Part shown: positions 56,166 through 64,000 of the stretch, one piece after another
How the letters are laid out: each line of letters starts with the position of its first letter
Numbering within the stretch: position 1 is the stretch's first letter
Origin: Phaeosaccion multiseriatum
Lineage: Eukaryota > Protista > Ochrophyta, other classes
Assembly: GCA_965112735.1 (NCBI GenBank)
Contig: OZ218958.1
Coordinates: 2,976,001-3,040,000, forward strand
DNA length: 64,000 nucleotides
Reading direction: 5' to 3'
Notes under the pieces: model-generated
Told to the model about the DNA's origin: nothing
What the model saw: only the letters and a program-made list of their open reading frames with translations
The model's database searches: none
Translations under genes and position numbers: made by a program

Positions 56166-57530
56166 GATGGAGCCAGACGCACGGGGATCCACAGGATTAG
56201 AGCCTTGGGGATAGCTGTACTCTATTTGCTTCGTGCAAGCTTTGCTCGATACAGTATTTGACGATGTGGGAATTTCAAAAAATTGCTGGATTCCAAACCC
56301 CCTTTCCACTTCTCGTCATCCCTGCTGGCGAATGTGCTGGCCGCGTTGGGGATGGAGTTGTTCAAGTTCGCCGGTGGGCATGACTACACAGCCCCACACC
56401 TCATGGGAACTGGCGGGAAGGACACCGACGCGGACCAGCAGGGGAGGAATGTTGTCTTGCATTTCCTCCTGGACCACAGCGTAGGCAAGCCCCTGGCGGA
56501 AGAAAGGAGTGTAATGATTAGAGATCATGTGAAAAGCTTGGCGCCACAGTTTTTTTCCAATGCGGCGCCGCTTGGGCAGGAGAACGACGGAGGGGGGGGG
56601 GGAGGGAGGAGGACACGGGGCAGCACCGGCAGCAACGCCGTGGCCCCTTTGGGGGGCGGCGCCAACAGGCCACGCAGCGCCCTTGGCGCCGACTGCGGCT
56701 CGAACCTCGGAAGCATCGCGCTCAGCACTGCCAATGGCAAGAGTCGCCACAGCACCGAGAGCAGCAGCAGGAGCTGCGCCGTCCAACCGCCACAGGGTGA
56801 GAGGGGGGCAGTGCTGCCAGAGGGCCCATGGAGTGGCATCGTGGCGTTCGTGACTCCGGCTCCCTCTGCTGGCAGTGGGGGGCAGCCCCACAGAGCCGGA
56901 GGCTCACGTGCTACCCTTCAACTCCTGCTGCTCGCCGACGTCACCGCATGGGCTCAGAGTAAGGGTATAGTAGGGTTCGACATGTCTGTCCGGAGCTTCA
57001 TGACCGTCTTGAAGCACAATTTCGCTCCGTCGGGTGGAAAGGGCGCCCTGTTTACCCTTGCCGACGTGTCTGTGGGCGGTGCTGGCCTCATTGCAGATGG
57101 AGGGTTGGCCCCGGAGCCACCTGCCAAGCAGCCGAAGACGGGTGGTGCGCAGAGGACAGAGACCCCCCTCCCATGCCACGGGATACTGGCTAGCGAGTGC
57201 GGTGTTTCCGTCATCACACGGGCTGGTGAGAGGCTTAGTGTGCTGTCCGATGGGGCCTTGAGGGCACTTGTGAGCCTGGTGCACGCCGTGTCCCCCAAAC
57301 GCGAATTGAAGGGCTTGGTGGACTTCCCAGAGGGCAGCAAGGGCAGCGTGCCTCAGGCCCTTCCCGATTACGTGGCGTATGATTTGGGCGATCCTTCGGC
57401 CACCTGGCGCTGTTACGCCGCCAAGTGCACAGGGCTCATACCGTCTTCAGCGACGAAGCCCTCACTGAAGTGCTCGGCGTGTGGTACGATGAAGAAGAGG
57501 TTGGACAAGCAGAAGGCCAGTGCTGCTCAG
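56166..57530 (+). pseudogene. Hypothetical protein with a C-terminal Cys cluster; 5' end appears disrupted
   Basis: Long ORF 56283-57530 ends at a GTATGT donor and contains PCHG...RCYAAKCTG...CSAC. The frame from the upstream ATG 56166 has a TAG and a frame change. Confidence 0.45.
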
Positions 57531-58533
57531 GTATGTGTGCTGGGTGTGCGTAGGACTTCCTTTTCCCCGTCTCCCGTTGCTGCGAGCCTTCTCCCGTCCC
57601 GTATGCGCACCTTAGACTGCCATGACCGCCCCCTCCAACGCCTTTCCGCTTCGCACTACCGCATTCTCTCACCCGCGTCTGCCCCACACACCCCTCCCGT
57701 ACCCCCACCCCCCCCTACGCTGACCCCTCGCCCCCCTCCCCATCAACACACGCGCACACATACGCACACACACACACCACTCACACGCGCGCACACACAC
57801 GCGCACACACACACGCGGACACACACGCACACGCACAATGCGCACACGCACACACACACAATCACACACACAATCACACGCGCACACACACACGCACGCT
57901 CGCACACACACGCACATACGCACGAACGTAGGCAAGGGCAGTTGCCGCTTCGGGTGAACTTGTCGATTTCGACTGGAGGATGATGGATTTCCTCACTCGC
58001 GATGACTTGGTGGCGCTATGCTCAAGGCATGGACTACTGTAGGGAGATGAAGGCAAAGTCGAGGCCCCAAACTTGGAGCTCGGTGTATCGCTCGGTGGGG
58101 GGCGGGGGGAATTTCAGAAATAGAGGGAAAATGAGAGATAGAAAGCGCTACGCTCGCACGCGATTAAAGTAGGGCCATCCTACAGGGCCGTTGTCGGTAG
58201 CCACAGCGCACCCACCAGCGCCCGCCTGGGAGCATTGCTCAACATTCTAAAACCCGTTGGTGTACAAAGGACCGTTGGTGTACAAAGGAAATTAATATTT
58301 TGGCTTAATAGATTTGGAACTTTCCATCCTTGTTGGTGCTCCGCAAACAAATGACAAACGTTTGGCGCCTCGACCCCGCGAAATCCAAAAGGAAAAAAGC
58401 AAGGAAGAGGATGAAGAAGCAGCCCTTCCGCGCTTTGCGAAAGTTCTACGCATCCCCAGCGTGAGGCCTTGTCGGTGGGCTGGTCACGAGAGCGCCTCGA
58501 GACATGGCCACTGAAGCTTAATTCGGATCAATA

Positions 58534-60419
58534 ATGCAGAACTCAGTCACCGAGGTATTAGTGCAGGCGAACGACGCCTCGCAGTTCGGAGTGTCCGAGC
58601 GAGCCCTGTGGCACCTTTCCAATCTTACTTCGCCGGAGTGCAACCATCAAGGACTATTGCTGGGGCAGAACTTGCGTCTTCTCGATGGCCGGATCAGCAC
58701 CAGGGGGAGCTGGTTGGGACCGGGGTCCGGCTTCTCACAGCGGAGGCAGCAGCAACAGCGGGGAAGAGTGGTTGTGGAGCGCAGCGAGAGAGAGCTCGTC
58801 CTTGTCCCCTCCTCTCAAGTCTGGTTCGCGCATCGAAAGTACCGAGTGGTATTTTGCCTGGACCTTAGCTCGAACATGATGGCACAGAGCAGCAGAGGCA
58901 GGGGTTTGCCCATTGAGAGCTTAGTTGGAGTGGTGATGGAATGTGTCCAAGGTTTAATCGGGATGCCCATGGATGAGAACTGGCGAAGAAGCGGTGGAGG
59001 CAGCACCAGCGCTGGCAGTAGCACCGGGACGGGGGCGGGCGGCGAGCCCAGAGCTCTGGCCTTTGAGCTGTACCTCACTGTCATCGCGTACTCTCCCCAG
59101 CTGGATGAGGTAAGCAGCCGTAGTGCAGCAGTAGTGGGGTACGCAAGTACGGAAGGTTGTGGAATAGGGACTCTTCCCTCTCCCCGCTGCACCTACCGAC
59201 GTTCCTTGACCCATATCTCTCTTCCTTTCTCCCCCCTTCCTTCCCCTCTCTCTTCCTACACTCTGTCTACTGTCCTTCTCTCTCTATTCCCTTCTCTCTC
59301 TCTCCCTCCCTCTCTGTGTGTGTGTATGTGTGCTGCCGACATACGACAGGTCTGGTCCCTTGTGCAGGGCTTCCGGCTCCACCACGACCCCGCCCTCAAA
59401 AGCGATGGCCGGAAAGTCGATGTAAATATCGAGAAGGGAAATGTAAATGTCGAGAGCGCTCCTGCTACCCCTCCGGCCCCGTCAGTAATGATGCAGCAAC
59501 TGCAAGAAATCCTGGAGCAAGCCATACAAGATGTGGAGGGCCGCTTAGAGCTGCTTCTCTGCGAGCAGCAGCAGCAACAGCGACGACAACAGCGACAGGA
59601 GCAGCAGCAGCAACAACAACAGCAACAGCAAGAGCAGCAGCAGCAGCAGGAGCAGCAGCGACAGCAGCGGCAAAGAAGCAGGGGCGATGGCGGCGATGAC
59701 CACACCAGCAGAGGCTTTCGAACCTCCTCCGCAGCAGCTGCGGCGGCGGAATGGGCAGGGACAGGTGGAGAGGGGGGCGGAGGGCCTGGCAGCACGAGCC
59801 GTTACAGCAGCACCAGTTTTAGCGCCAGCACCAGTAGCAACAGCGGAAGCAGCGGGAGCATCTTGCAGCTCGAGGGGATGGTGCAGGCGATTGTGTTCGC
59901 GCTCAAGTTCCTTCCCTTCGACGCGGTGCCCTTGGCCGTGGTGGTGACGGATGGGGTGGGGGAGTACCCCAGCGATGTGGATTACGATAACCTCGTCATG
60001 CAGCTCAGCAGGTGGGTCAGTTGGTGTCAGTTGTTGTCGGCTGTGAGTGGGGGCGTAAATGGGTAGGTGAGTGGGTACATGAGTGGGCGTGTTGTGCGTT
60101 TGTATTGCTGTGAATTGTGTCCGTATCATGCCTCCCTCGAGGACCGACATCTGTGAGACTGGGAGGGGGGAAGGGCTGGAGCATCCTCTGCAGCGTAGGA
60201 AAGCAAGACCTGCCTCGGGTTTGGTTGGGCTAGGCACTCAATTTGTACTCCCGCAGGGCCTTACTATGCCACATTGCACCCTTCCCTCCCTCCCCGCCTT
60301 GGAGAGCAGAAACGATGTGTGCATCCACTGCCTCCACCTGGACGAGAGGTTCTCTCCCTCCTCCTCGTCCTTTCCCTCCATCACCTCAAGCACTACCACT
60401 ACTAGCAGTGCAGGCAGTA

Positions 60420-60460
<41 letters not shown>

Positions 60461-60934
60461 CGAGGGGGGGGGCATAGCCAAGGGAGAGCGGCTCCAGCAT
60501 GGGGAGAAGAGTCTCCCTTCGGCTACTTGCCGGACCTTGAGGGCCTGGCCCACCTCAGTACCGCCACAGGAGGAAGCTTTTTCACAGTTGGCAGTCTCCG
60601 GAGCCTCATGGGCACACCCTGCACGGGCTGGGGAGGACCGGCTCTAAGCGGTGGGGCGGCTCTCAGTGGCCCTTCTACTACTATGAGCAGTTTCGGTCCT
60701 ACTTTGAGCAGTTTCGGTAGCGGCAGCGGCGAGGATCGAGAGAAAGCGTGGCTCTACAAGAGTCCGGTGCAAATGACGACGTTTCAGCAGCAGCTGCTCT
60801 TTCGGGCGTCGCCGTTGAACTGCTGCAAGCCTGTGTTAAAGCTGAGCCCCTCGCCATCCATGCCTTTGACCCAGCAGCAGCAACACCAGCAACCACAGCA
60901 GCAGCAGCAGCAGCAACAACAACAACAGCATTTG

Positions 60935-60982
<48 letters not shown>

Positions 60983-63900
60983 CAACAACAACAGTCTATC
61001 CTGTCCAGCGGTGCAATCGGGGATGGTGGGAGAGGAATCGGGGAGTGGCGTGAGCAGATTCAGGTTTACACACTGTCCCAAATCAGCCTCGAACGACTTG
61101 TGCAGATGCGCTGCTCGGAGGGCTTTCGCGTGTTGGAGCTGAGGGGCGGGAGAGTCACAGATGGTAGAGTTACAGACGGCGATGGAGGAGGAGGAGGAGC
61201 AGGAGCAGCAGCAGCAGGAGTAGGAGGGTTAGGAGGGTTGGGGTATAGCAAGAGCAAGTGGAGGGCGAGCAGCGTGCAGGCGAGGTCGAGGAGTAAGCTT
61301 GACCTGAGCTACGGCCTGCGGGTGCGCTTCGGCCTTCAGTGGCGGCCCGACCTTCGCCTTGACTACCTCTTGGACTTCAGGCCTCGTCACCCTACGTCGC
61401 CAAGTGTGACCCTCGCTGCCGCCGCTGCCGCGGCTGCTGGATCACCAACTGCTGCATCAGGGGCAGGGGGGCGGAAGAGGCCGCTGACGTGGGGCCAGGC
61501 CAACATCCGATTGGAGGTGACCACGGAAGCTCTGTACCCGCCCTCCTCTCTTGTGCAACAGCACCTCAGGTGGGGGAGACCGATGGGCTTAAGGCTGCGG
61601 GACGGTGGTTTCCTCGGGGTGGGTGGTGGGGCATTTGGTGATACGAGGAGGACACATGCGGCGCTTGGGGATGTGGCCAGTGATGCTGTCGGTGATACCG
61701 CGACAGCAGCAGCAGTTGGTGATACTGCCGTGAGTCATGGAGGGGTGCTAGAGAAGCGCGCCTGTGGGCCTCGCACGGGAGCACGCATGCGGCGCTTCCT
61801 CAAGACGCTGAGTGAGGTGGATATGATGCTCTTTTACATTTGCAAAATTAACCCCTCTAGACAAGACGACGTCAGGTGCGTGTGTGCGTGTGTACGTGCG
61901 TGTCCGTGTGTGTGCGTGTCCGTGTGTGTGTGTGTGTCTGTTTGGATGGCCAAACTCGAGTACCCACGTGGATTTCCTCCCTCCCCTCCAAATGACATAC
62001 GCCTGCCGAATCACCACTTGTCGCAGCACGTCCAAGTACCTGGGGCTAGGAAGCTTGAGCACTCTGGACTGGTCCAGATGGTTCACAGTGGACTACATCG
62101 AGGTCCTGTTCAAAGGGAACCTCATCTCTCTCTTAGAGGAGGAGGGGGTGGATGAGGTGGAGGAGGTGGAGGGGGCGGAGGAGGAGAAGGAGGGCCGTGG
62201 GGGGGGCGTAGGTGTGGAGGAGGAAGACGTGGAGGAGAAGGAGGACGAGCACCTCAAGAGCAGCGACGGTAGCAGCAGCGGCAAGGAGCGCGGAGATGGA
62301 CATGCCCATTATGTACAGGAGAGGCAGCCCATGTGGCAGGAACAGAGGAAGGAAGGCGATGAGGGGCAGGAGGAGCAGCAGCAGCAGGAACAGCAGCAGC
62401 AGGAGGAGGAGGAGGAGGAGGGGCGCGAGGGGCGGGGGGGCGAGGAGGAGGGAGGTTATCCGACAGTTTCGTCTTCGATTTGGACTCGAGACGGCGGAAG
62501 AATCGATGGAGAGCTTGCGCTTTCCCCTCTCGCAGAGCAGCGGAAGGCAGAGGAGGAGGAGCAGGAGGAAGAAGGGGAAGGGGGACGTGGCGCCAGGGGA
62601 GAAGAGAGTGTGTTGGATGCGAAGCAGGATAAGGAGGGGGAGTGGGGCGAGGAGGGGGAGGAGGACGACGAAGAGGAGAGGGAGGGGGGTGTCGGGGACG
62701 AGAGTAGGAGGAGCAGCGGTACTTACGGATCCTTTGTGTTGGTGTCCGACGAAGAGGACGAAGAGGTAAGCGTGTGTATTAGAGGACGACCGGCTGGCTG
62801 ACTGACTGACTGACTGACTGAACTGACTGACTGAACTGACCCCCAAGGCGCATCCATGTGGCTAACTGACTGCCTGACTGCCTGACTGCCTGACTGACTG
62901 AACTGACTGACTGACTGACTGGCTGACTGACTGACTGACTGCCTGACTGACTGAACTGACTGACTGGCTGGTTGACTGACTGGCTGCCTGACTGACTGAC
63001 TGACTGACTGCCTGACTGACTGACTGACTGACTGACTGAACTGAAATGACCCCCACGCCGCATCCACCCCCACCTGACCATTGACTTATTGACTTGACCT
63101 TACACAGGACGAGGAGGCAGCCGCGGCGACCGAAGAAGAGGCGGGCATGGCAGCCGCAGCAGAAAGAGAGGAAGAAGCAGCGGCAGCAGCAGCGGCAGCA
63201 GCAGCAGCAGCGGCAAAAGCAGCGGCGGCAGAGAAGGACTCTGGAGGGGGAGGAACAGGCAGAGGGAAGATCCGGGCCGGTATGAGCAAGGAAGCTCTGG
63301 TGTGGGAGGTGTGTCTGGGGTGGACTCAGAGAGCCCTAAGTCAAGGGGTTTTCCTCAAGGTACGGTAGGGAAGGGGGGGGCAGGAGGAGAGGATGGGGAC
63401 TAGTGACCAACTTCCTTCCTCTGAGCCTGACCCTTGCTCTCCTCCTCTTTTCTCTTCTCTCCTCCTCTCTTCTCCCTGCTCCTCTCCTCTTCTCTCCTCT
63501 CCCCCCGCCCTCCCCTCCCCTCCCCTCCTCTCCCCTTCTCTCCTCTCCTCTCTTACCTTATCTCGTCTTCGCTTCTTCTCCTTTCCTCTCCTGTCCTCTC
63601 CTACCCGCTTCTCTCCCTTCCTCTCCCGTCTTTTTCTTCTCATTTGACCTCCCCCTCCTCCCATCTCTGACGTTTCCTCCCGCTCAAAAGGTGGTCCCGA
63701 GATCAGATAGCAACGACAGCAGCCTTGACCCAAGCAGCAGCCTCGGTGACCAGCAAAGCGACGCCTTTTGCCTCCTCAAAGTGATCTGGGAGACTCCAAA
63801 CCTCGCTGTCATCCACATGGGCTTCTTTTGTGTGGGGCCAACGGAGAGGGCGAGGCTCATCTCAGACTTGACTGACCACTTGTGGACGTCGGGAGGGCAC

Positions 63901-64000
63901 GCTACGGCCAAGAGGAACGGTGCTCGTGTGATGCTCGGCGGAGACGGGCAGAAGCAGGGGGAGATGGACCCTTCGAGCGGTACAGTAGGAGCCGAGGACG
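58534..64000 (+). CDS. SZT2: KICSTOR subunit SZT2 homologue, 5' part: exons 58534-59109, 59350-60011, 60310-61875, 62027-62765, 63108-63359, 63691 to beyond 64000
   Basis: Motifs in the SZT2 N-terminal order: LVPSSQVWFAHRKYRVVFCLDLS, LYLTVIAYS, LVQG, ALKFLP...VVVTDGV, FGYLPDLEGLAHLSTATGG, MRCSEGF. Exons join in frame. Confidence 0.88.
62795..63045. repeat. Intronic (CTGA)n compound microsatellite
   Basis: Directly visible. Confidence 0.9.

Overview
Eukaryotic, intron- and microsatellite-rich DNA (GT-AG introns), probably an alga or stramenopile-like protist (inference). Positions 1 to ~52960 are a tandem segmental-duplication array with a ~16 kb higher-order unit. Its core is a repeated head-to-head pair: an intronless coiled-coil/F-box-like/ankyrin-like gene (minus strand, subtypes A and B) and an intronless FNIP-repeat (LRR-like) gene (plus strand), with ATGs ~245-265 bp apart. 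The 123-bp FNIP units have a near-invariant scaffold and two short hypervariable windows, and variant cassettes are shuffled between paralogues, which looks like a diversifying paired-receptor locus. Between the pairs lie four copies of a multi-exon coiled-coil gene and a patchwork of orphan exons, including a frameshifted VPS35-like exon. Mobile DNA comprises a 263-bp TTAA-flanked MITE and a truncated CRE-like (RLE) retroelement in one shared promoter, with a 2.7-kb TTAA/TIR element nested inside it. The single-copy remainder holds a 3-exon ankyrin-like gene, a PIF1 helicase remnant, a Cys-rich ORF and the 5' part of SZT2. All family calls come from visual motif recognition; no searches were run.
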